NCBI GenBank assembly: GCA_964496095.1
Contig: CAZBWU010000001.1
Location: forward strand, 185,474 to 249,473
Reading direction: 5' to 3'
Length of the DNA: 64,000 nucleotides
From: an uncultured Gammaproteobacteria bacterium
GTDB taxonomy: Bacteria; Patescibacteriota; Patescibacteriia; Magasanikbacterales; GWA2-37-8
Positions within the stretch are counted from its first letter, which is position 1; each line of letters opens with the position of its first letter. A program made the position numbers and the translations under genes. A model generated the notes under the pieces. That model was not told the origin of the DNA and ran no database searches. It saw only the letters and a list, made by a program, of their open reading frames with translations. Positions 1-10,781 of the stretch are shown here, one piece after another.

Positions 1-69
1 TGGATTCCCGCTGTTGCGAGAATGACAGTTGAGACAGGGATCCCTCGGGGCGAACCCCACTCGGGATGA
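1..69. repeat. Right arms of nested TGTCAT...ATGACA palindromic elements (cut by window edge)
   Basis: GGATTCCCGCTGTTGCGAGAATGACA (2-27), then GACAGGGATCCCTCGGGGCGAACCCCACTCGGGATGA (33-69), which closely matches the right arm of the copy in comEC. Confidence 0.8.
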
Positions 70-80
70 TATTGAAGTGA

Positions 81-1427
81 CTATTTTAAAATCTGTTCAA
101 CCAGTTCTCTTACATTTTTTACGGGCGCAATTTTGAGGTCAGGAATTTTTGGTAAATTATTCGAGTGGGGAACAACGGCAAATTTGAATCCCATTTTTTT
201 AATTTCATTTAATCTTTTTTCTGTCTGAGATACAGGTCTGATTTCTCCACCGAGTCCGACCTCGCCAAAAGAAGCAATTTCTTTGGAGATAGTTTTGTTT
301 TTTAAAGCAGAGGCTAGAGCTAAAATTACAGCCAAATCAGCGGCTGGTTCTGAGGCTTCAATTCCACCAACTACATTTAAGAAAATATCATAGGCATCTA
401 GAGGTAGGTCAGCTCGTTTGGTCAGTACGCCAACAAGTACTTGGAGACGGTTGAGGTCAAATCCTGAAGCTCGTCGTTGCGGATATCCAAAATTTGTTTT
501 GGTCACTAGGGCTTGGATTTCTACTAGTAGTGATCGACTGCCTTCCATTAGACAAGTGACAGTAGATCCAGGCACAGCTTCACCTCGTCCAGCTAGGAAA
601 ACCGCCGAAGGATTTTTGACTTCTTCTAGACCGTGGCTTTCCATAGAAAATACGCCAATTTCATCCGTGGCGCCAAAACGATTTTTGGTAGTGCGTAAGA
701 TGCGGAAGATATGGTATTTATCACCCTCAAGGTACAAAACCGCGTCTACGAGGTGTTCTAGGGTCTTGGGGCCTGCCACAGCGCCATCCTTGGTCACTTG
801 GCCAATAAGAATAATAGTTTTACTAGTCATCTTGGCAGCTTCAAGAAGTTTGGTAGTACAAGCTCGGACTTGGTTGATATTTCCGGCTCCGCCTTCTATT
901 TCATCAGAATAGATGGTTTGGATTGAGTCTATAATAACCATTAAACATTCTTTGTTTTGTTTGATAGTTGATATGATATTATCAACGTTAGTAGCGTTGC
1001 CAATTTTGAGAGTATTTGTAGAAATTTTTAGACGTTCGGCCCTAAGCTTTATTTGTTCGGTTGATTCTTCGCCAGATATATATAGAGAGTGAGGAAGAAT
1101 AGCGGCCATTTGCAGGGCAAGGGTGGATTTACCAACACCTGGCTCGCCACCCAACAAAACAAGAGAGCCTGGCACCAGACCCCCTCCCAAAACTCTGTCT
1201 AGTTCGCTAATATTTGTCTTTATTCGTTCAAATTTTTTGTTATTTATATTTTTGAGGTCAGTCATTTCAACAGGGGCGTAGCTAGATGTATTTTGTGATT
1301 TGGATTTTTCACTTATGCCTTGTGATTCTTTAATCATGCCCCATTTTCCGCATTCTAAACATCTGCCAGTCCATTTGGAATATTGAGCGTCGCAGTTTGA
1401 GCAGGTGAAGGAGGGGGATTTGGGCAT
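81..1427 (-). CDS. radA: DNA repair protein RadA/Sms
   Basis: N-terminal C4 zinc finger, Walker A GEPGVGKST, KNRFG motif, Lon-like C-terminal domain. Confidence 0.97.
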   Translation of the reverse strand: MPKSPSFTCSNCDAQYSKWTGRCLECGKWGMIKESQGISEKSKSQNTSSYAPVEMTDLKNINNKKFERIKTNISELDRVLGGGLVPGSLVLLGGEPGVGKSTLALQMAAILPHSLYISGEESTEQIKLRAERLKISTNTLKIGNATNVDNIISTIKQNKECLMVIIDSIQTIYSDEIEGGAGNINQVRACTTKLLEAAKMTSKTIILIGQVTKDGAVAGPKTLEHLVDAVLYLEGDKYHIFRILRTTKNRFGATDEIGVFSMESHGLEEVKNPSAVFLAGRGEAVPGSTVTCLMEGSRSLLVEIQALVTKTNFGYPQRRASGFDLNRLQVLVGVLTKRADLPLDAYDIFLNVVGGIEASEPAADLAVILALASALKNKTISKEIASFGEVGLGGEIRPVSQTEKRLNEIKKMGFKFAVVPHSNNLPKIPDLKIAPVKNVRELVEQILK

Positions 1428-1429
1428 AT

Positions 1430-3514
1430 TTATTTTGGTCTAAAGATTCTAGATATTGGTTTGCGAGAAAATTTATCACTACACTTTTGTGTAATACAGA
1501 CAGCTCCATAGACAACTTGTCCATCGCTGTACCTCTGTTTTGGGTCATTAGTTGAAAATTGCTGAACCATTCCTTGAATAACTTGCGCTCTACCATCAGA
1601 TAGCCATTTATCAAAAATCATTGCATGATTACCTCTACACACACTGCCATTTGCGTTATATATCCAAAATGCGTCCCCTGGCCTTAATTGGTTGATTGCT
1701 TCTGTTAATTTCTCTTCAGTAAGGGCTAGAATTAAAGTATTCATAACTTTTTTAGTAGAAGCTGTTCTTGCGTCTGTACATTCTGTTCCTTTATTTTTAC
1801 ATATTTCTTCACATTCTGTTTGTTCTCTGGACATACGATTTATATTTGTTGGCCAACCGAAGATTGTTTTGGTGTTCTCTTGTGTTTTACATCCACCATT
1901 TGTATATAAGCATGTTTTTGGATATTTTTCTGTCACAACACCGGCAAGAGAATAGATCGTTCCATCAGTTCTTCCACAGGATCCAAAACGCACTCCGCAC
2001 TTAGCTGCGGCGTCAGCTACTTGTAGAATACGATCTGCCTGAGTTTGACCAGTAATCACTGGATCTATTTTTGAAAAAAATTCAAGAGTGCGAGCTTCCT
2101 GATTGGGCAGTTTGGCCTTGCTTTCAAGAGGGGATTCTAATGTTATAGGGCAACTTGTAAATTTAGGGGTATCGTTTATAATTTCAGTCGCATCTTCAGG
2201 AGCAATAGTTTCGTCTGTAGTTTGTTGTATTTCGTCAAAATTTGGCAAGTCTTGTTTCTCTGCGACTTTAACTTTTAAAGCATTAAATTCTATTAAATTA
2301 GGGTTTATATTATATAGAATTGCAAAAGATCCCCAAGCGATAAGTAGGCCTATGAGAGAGTGGGTGATTTTTTTATAGCCTTCGGCCTTATTCTCACCAC
2401 CACCTGAAATGATGATTTTTACGCCTTGAAGAATAATTATAATTACTGCTATTATACTTGTAATACCAACTCCAAATTTATAAAGTGCAGAAATAAATTG
2501 GGCAAGCCAAGGTATAAAAACATAAGTACCGGTACCATCGCTTTTAATAATAGAATTACTAAAATTTAGACCTGGAAAATTAATCTCCAGTTTTGGTTTT
2601 TTTGCATTTATCTCAGATATTATAGTGTCGAGTTGTGTATTTGCCGGGGGGGGTACTTCTGCTTTTGGGTTACAATTGTCATTTGTTATGTGGTCAAGAA
2701 AACATTTTTCAGTAATTTCGTATTGACCAAGGTTTGTTTTTAGAATTTTTGCCCCAATTTGAGAAAGAGGAATATTTCGTGTTAGATAGCGTAAACTTTC
2801 GCTGTGGTTTGTTCCATAAGTACCTCCATTTGGGTCTGTCTCAGGGTTTAGATAAAATATCTGTTTTTTTGTTGTCGGATACACATTTATCATTTCTTCG
2901 CACCAATTTTTATAACATCCATCAAATATCAGAATTGTTTCAGTGGGAAAATACTTTAAATATTCATTCATAATCCCTACACCTTTGCCCTGTCCTATGG
3001 CCACTGAGACGGCATCCGGTGAGTTAGGTATTTTTGAATGTAGTTCTGTTAAAGCTTCTCCCAGGTATCTTAAGAATTTTATTTGGGTAAAACTACCTGC
3101 AACCTCACCACTTTTTGGATCCATCTGTGGAATTAAAATGGCAATATTTTTTTTTGGAGCTACAATATCTTTTAATCCGTCGTTAACTAGCCATTGTTTT
3201 AAAGCAACTTTTTCACATATTTTAAACTCCTTACATATTGTATCTGGGTTTATAAAGTGACATTCTGTAGGTGCGTTACAAGCCGGCGGATTTAAACCAT
3301 GAAAAAAAATGTAAATCTCGTCTATTTTGTCCGCTCCAGATGGATAAATAATTCCATTTGTGTTTCTCAGGAATGATACTCCGTCTGTTACTGTGGATTG
3401 GTAGGTATAAAGAGTTGCACCATCAATATCTTCTTCTGTGGCATGAACAGAACCAGGTAACAAAAAAAATAAAGGCAAAAATAATAATAACAGTTTTTTA
3501 AAATTAAGCTTCAT
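1430..3514 (-). CDS. Multidomain exported protein with central VirB2/TrbC-like pilin segment and Cys-rich, possibly NlpC/P60-like C-terminal domain
   Basis: Signal peptide; two-TM pilin-like segment (FGVGITSIIAVIIII...GYKKITHSLIGLLIAWGSFAILYNINPNL); C-terminal SCG...LRPGD...GNHAMIF. Confidence 0.6.
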   Translation of the reverse strand: MKLNFKKLLLLFLPLFFLLPGSVHATEEDIDGATLYTYQSTVTDGVSFLRNTNGIIYPSGADKIDEIYIFFHGLNPPACNAPTECHFINPDTICKEFKICEKVALKQWLVNDGLKDIVAPKKNIAILIPQMDPKSGEVAGSFTQIKFLRYLGEALTELHSKIPNSPDAVSVAIGQGKGVGIMNEYLKYFPTETILIFDGCYKNWCEEMINVYPTTKKQIFYLNPETDPNGGTYGTNHSESLRYLTRNIPLSQIGAKILKTNLGQYEITEKCFLDHITNDNCNPKAEVPPPANTQLDTIISEINAKKPKLEINFPGLNFSNSIIKSDGTGTYVFIPWLAQFISALYKFGVGITSIIAVIIIILQGVKIIISGGGENKAEGYKKITHSLIGLLIAWGSFAILYNINPNLIEFNALKVKVAEKQDLPNFDEIQQTTDETIAPEDATEIINDTPKFTSCPITLESPLESKAKLPNQEARTLEFFSKIDPVITGQTQADRILQVADAAAKCGVRFGSCGRTDGTIYSLAGVVTEKYPKTCLYTNGGCKTQENTKTIFGWPTNINRMSREQTECEEICKNKGTECTDARTASTKKVMNTLILALTEEKLTEAINQLRPGDAFWIYNANGSVCRGNHAMIFDKWLSDGRAQVIQGMVQQFSTNDPKQRYSDGQVVYGAVCITQKCSDKFSRKPISRIFRPK

Positions 3515-3518
3515 GATT

Positions 3519-4175
3519 TTATTTTTTAATAAAGGTTTCTAACATATCCTTTAAATTTATATCAGCTTTAGTATTGATAAGTTTATTATTTACAAAAATA
3601 ATAGGTAGGGATTTTAGACCTAAACTTTTCATAAGCTGTGAAGATTCTTCGATTTTTTGTTTGGCCAAGTCGCTATTAGCGCACTGCCAAAATTTTTCTA
3701 CATCCAGGTTTAATCCTTGGGCAATATTTTTTAATCCGGACTCATTTAAATTAATTGTGTTTTGGCTAGCTGTATCTACAAATTGCCAGAATTTTTTTCC
3801 ATCTTGTTGAAATACGCACCAGCTAGCTCGGTGAGCCAGGGCTGAGTCCTTAGAAAATATTTTGGGTTGAGGAGCGTCTTTCCATATAAGGCGTATTTCT
3901 TGAGGGTGAGCAAGAATAAATTCTTTAGTTGTATTATAAAAAGATAAGCATTCTTTACAATTAAAATCCATGAACTGCACTACCGTAATGGGGGCTCCGG
4001 GATTGCCAAAGACTGAATCAGTATCAGAGATAGATATAGGCGTGCTTTTTTCAGAGATTAAAGCGATAGGGTTTCTGGTAACTGTAATTTGTTTTGATTC
4101 GCGAATTTGCAAAGCAAATAAAAGTCCAGCCAGAGCCACTATTGCCAAAAGTAGAAAGAAAGTTTTTTTATGCAT
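3519..4175 (-). CDS. DsbA-family thioredoxin-fold protein
   Basis: N-terminal TM, GNPGAPITVVQFMDFNCKEC (CxxC), P-x-x-F-V-N near the C-terminus. Confidence 0.88.
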   Translation of the reverse strand: MHKKTFFLLLAIVALAGLLFALQIRESKQITVTRNPIALISEKSTPISISDTDSVFGNPGAPITVVQFMDFNCKECLSFYNTTKEFILAHPQEIRLIWKDAPQPKIFSKDSALAHRASWCVFQQDGKKFWQFVDTASQNTINLNESGLKNIAQGLNLDVEKFWQCANSDLAKQKIEESSQLMKSLGLKSLPIIFVNNKLINTKADINLKDMLETFIKK

Positions 4176-4181
4176 ATACCT

Positions 4182-5411
4182 CTAAAGTTGTGATTCAAAG
4201 ACGCCGGTTTTATTTAGGTCGGTAAATATTACTTTATTTTTTGAAGCGTCGTAGAAAATATTGTTAATATTATAATCATCGTTTAGGGCGATTGGAGTTT
4301 TAGTATTGGTTTTTAAATCTATTTTGTATAAGCTGTCGTAGTTATACCTGGCTACTTCTCGAGAAAGTCCAGCACCAGTAGGCAGGTCATTTGGTACGGC
4401 GCAAAAGAGGGTCTCGTCATTGGAGAATGTACATTTATCTGCCCAGGTATTTAGTTGGAGTATTTTGCGGTTGTCACCGATGCTGTCTCCATAAGAATCT
4501 GTGAGCCAAAGTTCTGGTTTGAAATCACTGCGGGAACTGTAGACGCTGTAGAGCAATTTTTTACCCGTAGTAGACCATTGTGGAGTAAAGCCAGATCCGT
4601 CTACAATGGCAGATTTGAAATTTTCTCCGTTAAGACCGATGAATAAAACTTCGCGTCTTTCACCGCCCTGTGGTTCGCCAGTCTGAGAAAAAGCTACGAC
4701 TTGTTGGCTAGGTGACCAATTGACAGTTACTTTGTCTGCATTATTTCCCATCGGTTCAATGAATTTGGCGCCGGTAGCATCACTGTTGGCAGTTACAAGC
4801 CAGCGGTTAGAAGGGTCTAGGCCAAGGCTCTTGGCCGCAATTTGGTTACCGTCTCCGGAAAAAGAAAAATCTTGCCAATGTTTAGGTAGGCTAACTTGTT
4901 TATTTGTATCAAAATTATAGATTATTTTTGAGTTATCAGGATATTCAATGACAGCTTGATTTTTGCCTTTTGCCCAAGTGACTTTTTGAGCATCAAAGAA
5001 GACTTGGTCAGAAAGTTTTTTGATATCTCCGTTTGGAGTAACGCGGTAAAATTTACCATCATTAGCGCTATAATAACGAAGGTCGCCACCGATACTGAGG
5101 GATGGTTGAATGGCGGTTTCAGAGATAATTTGAGTAGTGGCCGAAGGTTTGTAGTATGAAGGATTGGTTGATTCTATAATATTAGCAGTCGGCAGAGTTT
5201 CTCCGTTTGGGCCTACCGTTGTGCCGGCAGTTGAGCTTGGTTTTGTACCAGATTCAGGAAATTGACCAGGGGTAAGGGTTGGATTATTTGTTTGGCCTTT
5301 ATCTGAGCCTATTTGTGATGTTCTGATGAAAAAATAATACAAACCATAGCCCACGAGTCCAGCTACTGCCAGCAGAAGAATGGCCAGGACAATTCTTTTG
5401 AAGATAGACAT
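4182..5411 (-). CDS. Membrane-anchored beta-propeller (TolB/WD40-like) protein
   Basis: N-terminal TM, P/T-rich linker, repeated W/F-S-x-x-G blade-like motifs. Confidence 0.65.
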   Translation of the reverse strand: MSIFKRIVLAILLLAVAGLVGYGLYYFFIRTSQIGSDKGQTNNPTLTPGQFPESGTKPSSTAGTTVGPNGETLPTANIIESTNPSYYKPSATTQIISETAIQPSLSIGGDLRYYSANDGKFYRVTPNGDIKKLSDQVFFDAQKVTWAKGKNQAVIEYPDNSKIIYNFDTNKQVSLPKHWQDFSFSGDGNQIAAKSLGLDPSNRWLVTANSDATGAKFIEPMGNNADKVTVNWSPSQQVVAFSQTGEPQGGERREVLFIGLNGENFKSAIVDGSGFTPQWSTTGKKLLYSVYSSRSDFKPELWLTDSYGDSIGDNRKILQLNTWADKCTFSNDETLFCAVPNDLPTGAGLSREVARYNYDSLYKIDLKTNTKTPIALNDDYNINNIFYDASKNKVIFTDLNKTGVFESQL

Positions 5412-5484
5412 ATAGTGAAATTACAAAAAGCAAACATCAAATTACAAACGATATTATACCACAAAAAAGCCTAGCAAGTCTTTT

Positions 5485-6372
5485 TTATTTTGTTTTCATG
5501 GCAGGCTTCGTCAGCGACGAAAACCGTCCTTGGATTTGATTTTTAGCATCGTTTAGTTGTTTAAGCTGTTTTTTTATGTCTAGTTTTTTCTTGAGTGTCT
5601 TTAGGTTTTGGCTCCAAGAATATTTTTGTCGTCGGAGTGTTTTTAGAAGTTTGGTAATTTGATCAGTTAGCGGCCCCTTTAGCAAAGGGAACTTTCCAAT
5701 CCATAATAACGGTATTAAAAATATTAGATAAATTGGGGATAGTATAATAAAAAGTATTGGTATGACAATAGTAGGTAGAGTAAAAACAATACCTCTTATT
5801 ACTGAGAATTTATAAAGTAATACAGCATCTAAAGTAGCGGTAAATATTTTAAATCCTTTTAGCGCCACCATAAGACTTCCTGCCATAGCTACTAGCGCCT
5901 CAAGTTTCTTTGCCTTTGCGTTGTCGTCTAAGTTTCTTAAAGGTTTTTTTGCTTCTTCTATAAGTCCATTTACTAGTGAGTCTATTGGCGACCGAAAAAA
6001 GCTGAGTAATTTTAAGCTTTTACCATTTTTAAAACTAGTTAAATTTCCCTCCAGTTCAGCCAGGTCTCTTTCTAAGTCTGTTTCTTGTTTGGCAATTTGA
6101 GCAAGCTGACGTTGCTTGTTATCTGACATTTGTCCGGCTATTTCAGCCTCTTCTTGTGGATTTATTCTGTCTTCAACTTGAATTTTATTGTTAGTAAGAT
6201 CTCCATTAGCCAAGCTCTGTTGCGCGGCCACTGTGTTTATCCAGTTTTGTTCGGACCTTTTAAGATTTCGCTCTTGTGCTAAATTTGAAGCGGCAGCGGC
6301 CTGCTCGCTTTCATCAAGAAGCCCTGGATTAAATTCAGGGCTTTCCAACGGTTGTGTTTGTAGGTTTGACAT
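5485..6372 (-). CDS. Hypothetical membrane protein with coiled coils
   Basis: 295 aa ORF directly after clpC; hydrophobic central segment. Confidence 0.7.
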   Translation of the reverse strand: MSNLQTQPLESPEFNPGLLDESEQAAAASNLAQERNLKRSEQNWINTVAAQQSLANGDLTNNKIQVEDRINPQEEAEIAGQMSDNKQRQLAQIAKQETDLERDLAELEGNLTSFKNGKSLKLLSFFRSPIDSLVNGLIEEAKKPLRNLDDNAKAKKLEALVAMAGSLMVALKGFKIFTATLDAVLLYKFSVIRGIVFTLPTIVIPILFIILSPIYLIFLIPLLWIGKFPLLKGPLTDQITKLLKTLRRQKYSWSQNLKTLKKKLDIKKQLKQLNDAKNQIQGRFSSLTKPAMKTK

Positions 6373-6373
6373 A

Positions 6374-8872
6374 TTATTTTATGGCCAATTTGTTATTCTG
6401 AAGGACAAGTTGGTGGTGCGGTTTTATTTTTTCACCAATTATAAGTTCAGCCATTATTTTTTCAACATCACGACGGATTTGGCGCCTGATTTCTCGGGCG
6501 CTATTTTTTTCAGGGAGTTGGTCGACAAACCAAGTAAAAACTTTGTCGTTTGTTTTGAGATTGGTGTGGTAATTTTCTAACTGCTTATTTAGGTCAGTAA
6601 TTTCTAAAGATGCAATTTTAGCCAGATCAGATTTATCTAAACTTTTGAACAAAGAAATTTGGTCAATACGATTGATAAGTTCAGGTGAGAAGAATTCTTT
6701 TAATTTTTCAATGACAATTTTTTTGCTGTCGGCATGATTGGTATTTTTGTCAAAGCCAATTTGTGATTTTTTGATTTCGTTTGCGCCTAAAGATGTAGTC
6801 AGGATAACAATGGCGTGTTTGAGAGAAATAGTTTTACCAACCGAATCAGTGATAGTGCCATTTTCCAGAATTTGCAAAAGCAGTTTGCTGACGTCTTTGT
6901 GAGCTTTGTCTATTTCATCAAACAGAATTACACAGTATGGATTCATTTTAATACGGTCGGTAAATTGGTTAGTTTCTTTATAGCCTACATAACCGGCAGG
7001 GGAACCAAGGAGTTTGGAAACGCCAAAACTCTCGTTGAATTCACTCATATTGAGGTGAATAAGCGAATTTTGGTGAGGATAGAGAGAGTTTGCCAAGGTT
7101 TTTGCCAGTTCAGTTTTACCAACACCACTTTCACCAACAAACATAAACGAAGCTAGCGGTCGGTTCGGGCTGGATAATTCCAATTGAGTTTGGAGGATAA
7201 TCTGAGAAACTTCATGTACAACTTCGTCTTGGCCAATGATATGATTTTTTAATTCTAATTCCAAACCGGAAACATCAGTTTTGGCATCAAGAGAAATATT
7301 GTTCGCAGGGGAGTTAATCATTTTTGCTAGCTGAACAACTATGTCTTTGTCAGTAATAGTTTCAGTTTTTTGATTTTTGTTTTTGATGGCAGTGATCTTG
7401 TCTTCTAAAGTTTTAATTTCTTTAATTAGAGACATTTCTTTTTCTTTTAATTTTACCGCTTTATCAAAATCTTCTCCGCCAGCAGCTTCTTCTTTGTCTA
7501 GAATAACTTTTTTTAATTCTTGTTTTAGTTTTTGGAGATTTGATTGGGCGATGGTTGGCTTGGCTGACAAACGTTTGGCTGCGGCCGTTTCGTCCAGTAG
7601 ATCAATAGCCTTGTCCGGTAAAAGTTTGTTGGTGATATAGCGGTCGGCCAGAATTGCAGCTTTGGTAATGGCTGAATCGGTAATAGTGAGGTTGTGATAA
7701 TTTTCGTAATTTTTTTTGATGCCCATCATGATTTTAATGGTATCAGTGACCGAAGATTCTTTGACTTGAATTGGCTGGAAACGGCGTTCCAAGGCAGCGT
7801 CACTTTCAATATGTTTTTTAAATTCTGTGGGAGTGGTTGCGCCAATACAACGGATTTGTCCGCGTGCTAGGGCAGGTTTGAGGATATTGGCCGCATCCAT
7901 AGTGCCTTGGTTGGAACCGGCGCCGACAATATTATGTAATTCATCAATAAACAAAATTATATCTTCGTTTTGACTCGCTTCGTCAATCACTTGTTTAAGT
8001 CGGCCTTCAAATTCACCGCGATAGGCAGTGCCGGCAATCATCATGCCCATATCTAGGGCGTAGATTTTTTTATTTAATAAAATATCTGGCACATCACCGG
8101 CAGCAATTTTTTTGGCTAGGCCTTCGACGATGGCGGTTTTACCAACGCCAGGATCGCCGAGAAGAATCGGATTATTTTTGGTGCGACGGCAGAGGATTTG
8201 CATCATGCGTTCTATTTCGTGAGCGCGACCAATGACTGGATCTATGCTAGAGACAACGTCGGGGCTGGTGAGGTCAACACCAAAAAAATTCAAGGCTGAT
8301 TCTTTGTGGTGATTTTTTTTGTGAGCAATCATGGCCGGGTTGTTATTTGGTAACATCATATCGTCCGATAAACTTTCTTGAATGCGATCCATAACCTCGG
8401 GGATTTTGCTGGCCTGAGGAAACTGTGAGGCGTTAGTTAAAACAATATCTATTTGTTCTTCTAGTTCAGTTTTTTTGACTTTGCCGGTTTTTAAGAGCTG
8501 ATCTATTTTTTCGTCATTAGCGTCAAGTAAGCCGGCTAAAAGATGTTCGGTGCCAAGATAATTATGATTATTTTTTTGAGCGATAATAATAGCTTTTTCC
8601 AAAGCGGTTTTGGCGTTAGTAGAAAAAGGGGATAGCTTGATATATGGTTTGGCAGGCGAAGTTGATTTGAAATTGAGCAAAACAGACTCAATCTTTTTGG
8701 TATCAAGGTTATAGCGCTCCAGAATTTCATTGGCCATTGAGCCTTTTTGCAAAGATAAAGCCAACAATAAATGAGCCGGTTCAACGGAGATATTTTTGAG
8801 GTCAGTAGCCAGGCTAATGCTGTTGATAAGCACTTCGCGCAGGTTAGTAGAAAAGCGGTCAATAATGGACAT
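6374..8872 (-). CDS. clpC: ATP-dependent Clp protease ATP-binding subunit ClpC
   Basis: Clp-N repeats, two AAA modules ([16 protein letters not shown]), UVR-like middle region, IGF loop. Confidence 0.92.
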   Translation of the reverse strand: MSIIDRFSTNLREVLINSISLATDLKNISVEPAHLLLALSLQKGSMANEILERYNLDTKKIESVLLNFKSTSPAKPYIKLSPFSTNAKTALEKAIIIAQKNNHNYLGTEHLLAGLLDANDEKIDQLLKTGKVKKTELEEQIDIVLTNASQFPQASKIPEVMDRIQESLSDDMMLPNNNPAMIAHKKNHHKESALNFFGVDLTSPDVVSSIDPVIGRAHEIERMMQILCRRTKNNPILLGDPGVGKTAIVEGLAKKIAAGDVPDILLNKKIYALDMGMMIAGTAYRGEFEGRLKQVIDEASQNEDIILFIDELHNIVGAGSNQGTMDAANILKPALARGQIRCIGATTPTEFKKHIESDAALERRFQPIQVKESSVTDTIKIMMGIKKNYENYHNLTITDSAITKAAILADRYITNKLLPDKAIDLLDETAAAKRLSAKPTIAQSNLQKLKQELKKVILDKEEAAGGEDFDKAVKLKEKEMSLIKEIKTLEDKITAIKNKNQKTETITDKDIVVQLAKMINSPANNISLDAKTDVSGLELELKNHIIGQDEVVHEVSQIILQTQLELSSPNRPLASFMFVGESGVGKTELAKTLANSLYPHQNSLIHLNMSEFNESFGVSKLLGSPAGYVGYKETNQFTDRIKMNPYCVILFDEIDKAHKDVSKLLLQILENGTITDSVGKTISLKHAIVILTTSLGANEIKKSQIGFDKNTNHADSKKIVIEKLKEFFSPELINRIDQISLFKSLDKSDLAKIASLEITDLNKQLENYHTNLKTNDKVFTWFVDQLPEKNSAREIRRQIRRDVEKIMAELIIGEKIKPHHQLVLQNNKLAIK

Positions 8873-8957
8873 TTTAGAAAATATTTTTGACTTAGAATAA
8901 GGTCTAATATATACTAAATTGGCCTTTTAGTCAAAGATAATTTTATCTAAAAATTAT

Positions 8958-10328
8958 ATGGAAATAGTTCAACAAATATATAAGGCCTACGATGTTAGAG
9001 GGGTTTATCCAACAGAAATAAATGAAGAAGTAGCCTACAGAACTGGAAGGGCCTTTGCTGGGCTAATTAAAAGTGAGAATTCAGGTAAAGTGTTGACCAT
9101 TGCCGTTGGTCAGGATATGCGCACTTCTTCGCCAAGTTTATTTGCAAATGTAGTAAGAGGTATTACCGATCAAGGTGTAAACGTAGTTGATATTGGTTTG
9201 GTTTCCACTCCTACTTTTTATTTTGGAGTTAGTTTTTATGGGTATGATGCGGGTTTACAGGTTTCGGCTTCTCACAATCCTGGCAAATATAATGGTTTTA
9301 AGATGACACGCGCTGGGGCAGTGCCAGTTAGTGGTGATACCGGAATTATGACAGTTAGGGATATGGCGGTAGCCAATAATTTTCCAGAAGTAAAAGACAA
9401 AGGGTCTGTTTCAAAAAGAGAAGGGGTTCTGGAAGATCAGATAAAATTTGCTTTAGGATATGCAGAGACTAGCAAGATAAAACCTTTTAAAGTGGTAATT
9501 GACTCAGCCAATGGTATGGGCGGTCCGTTAATGGAAGAATTATTTAAATATTTACCTTGTGAGTTGGTGAAATTATATTTTGAACTTGATGGTAATTTTC
9601 CAAATCATGAAGCTGATCCTCTAAAAGACGAGAACAATAAATATTTACACGCCAAGGTATTAGAAGTGGGCGCAGACTTGGGAGTGGCGCTCGATGGTGA
9701 TGCCGATAGAATATTTTTTATAGATAATAAAGGCAAGACAGTAGAGCCGGCAATCATGCGCGGTATTTTGGCTAAGATTTTTTTGCAAGATAATCCGGGG
9801 TCAAAAATTTGTTATGATATACGTCCAGGAAAAATTACAATTGACATGATAGAACAATATGGGGGAGAGCCGGTTGTCACTAGAGTGGGTCATTCTTTGA
9901 TAAAAGAAAAAATGCGCGAAGTTGATTCGGTTTTTTCGGGTGAATCATCTGGTCATTTTTTCCTGAAAATGCCTCATGGTTCTTTTGAAGCTCCAGAAAT
10001 AATGTTGTTGAAAGTGTTGCAAGAATTATCTCAGAGTGGTCAGACAATGAGTGAATATATCGCGCCGTTACAAAAATATTTTCATTCGGGAGAAATAAAT
10101 TTTTCAGTTGAAGATAAAGAAGCGGTGTTTGCTAGATTAAAAGAAAAATATGGCGCTAATTTGCAATACGACTTTGATGGTTTGAGTTTTATGTGGCCAG
10201 ATTTTTGGTTTAATGTACGTCCGTCTAATACGGAAAATAAAGTGAGATTGAATTTGGAGTCAGTTAGCGCAGAGCTAACAAAAGAGAAAGTGGAAGAAGT
10301 AACTAATATTATTAATACTAGACAGTAA
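8958..10328 (+). CDS. Phosphomannomutase/phosphoglucomutase
   Basis: KAYDVRG, SASHNP, DGDADR and GESSGH motifs. Confidence 0.95.
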   Translation: MEIVQQIYKAYDVRGVYPTEINEEVAYRTGRAFAGLIKSENSGKVLTIAVGQDMRTSSPSLFANVVRGITDQGVNVVDIGLVSTPTFYFGVSFYGYDAGLQVSASHNPGKYNGFKMTRAGAVPVSGDTGIMTVRDMAVANNFPEVKDKGSVSKREGVLEDQIKFALGYAETSKIKPFKVVIDSANGMGGPLMEELFKYLPCELVKLYFELDGNFPNHEADPLKDENNKYLHAKVLEVGADLGVALDGDADRIFFIDNKGKTVEPAIMRGILAKIFLQDNPGSKICYDIRPGKITIDMIEQYGGEPVVTRVGHSLIKEKMREVDSVFSGESSGHFFLKMPHGSFEAPEIMLLKVLQELSQSGQTMSEYIAPLQKYFHSGEINFSVEDKEAVFARLKEKYGANLQYDFDGLSFMWPDFWFNVRPSNTENKVRLNLESVSAELTKEKVEEVTNIINTRQ

Positions 10329-10344
10329 TCAGATGCTATTTATT

Positions 10345-10773
10345 TTAGGCGTCAAAATAATTTTTTCCAGTACGCAAAGCTTCTAAATATTGAGGCATGG
10401 TGCCGTATAAAGGACTTGGTAAGTTATTAAGATCATACCAATCCCAACCTTCACATTTGTTAGGTTCAAGGTTTTGTGATTCTCCGCTTTTCCAGTCGGC
10501 TAACAAGCCGATATTAATATAATGTTTGTCGTATTTTTTTAGATTATATAAACTTAAAAATCTTACGTTTTCTATTTCTATTCCAGCCTCTTCTCTAGTT
10601 TCTCTTTTGGCACACTCTTCCAATGATTCCATATATTCTACATGTCCACCCGGATTGGCGTATTCATTTTCGCCGTCGTTATTTGTATTTTTTCTTTTTC
10701 CAAGAAGAACTTTTCCATCCTTAAAAATCATAACACCAATACCAACTTTTGGGCGTTGATTTTCAGAGTCCAT
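10345..10773 (-). CDS. NUDIX hydrolase (NUDT15/MutT-like)
   Basis: Nudix box GGHVEYMESLEECAKRETREEAG; EPNKCEGWDW. Confidence 0.93.
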   Translation of the reverse strand: MDSENQRPKVGIGVMIFKDGKVLLGKRKNTNNDGENEYANPGGHVEYMESLEECAKRETREEAGIEIENVRFLSLYNLKKYDKHYINIGLLADWKSGESQNLEPNKCEGWDWYDLNNLPSPLYGTMPQYLEALRTGKNYFDA

Positions 10774-10781
10774 ATATAAAT

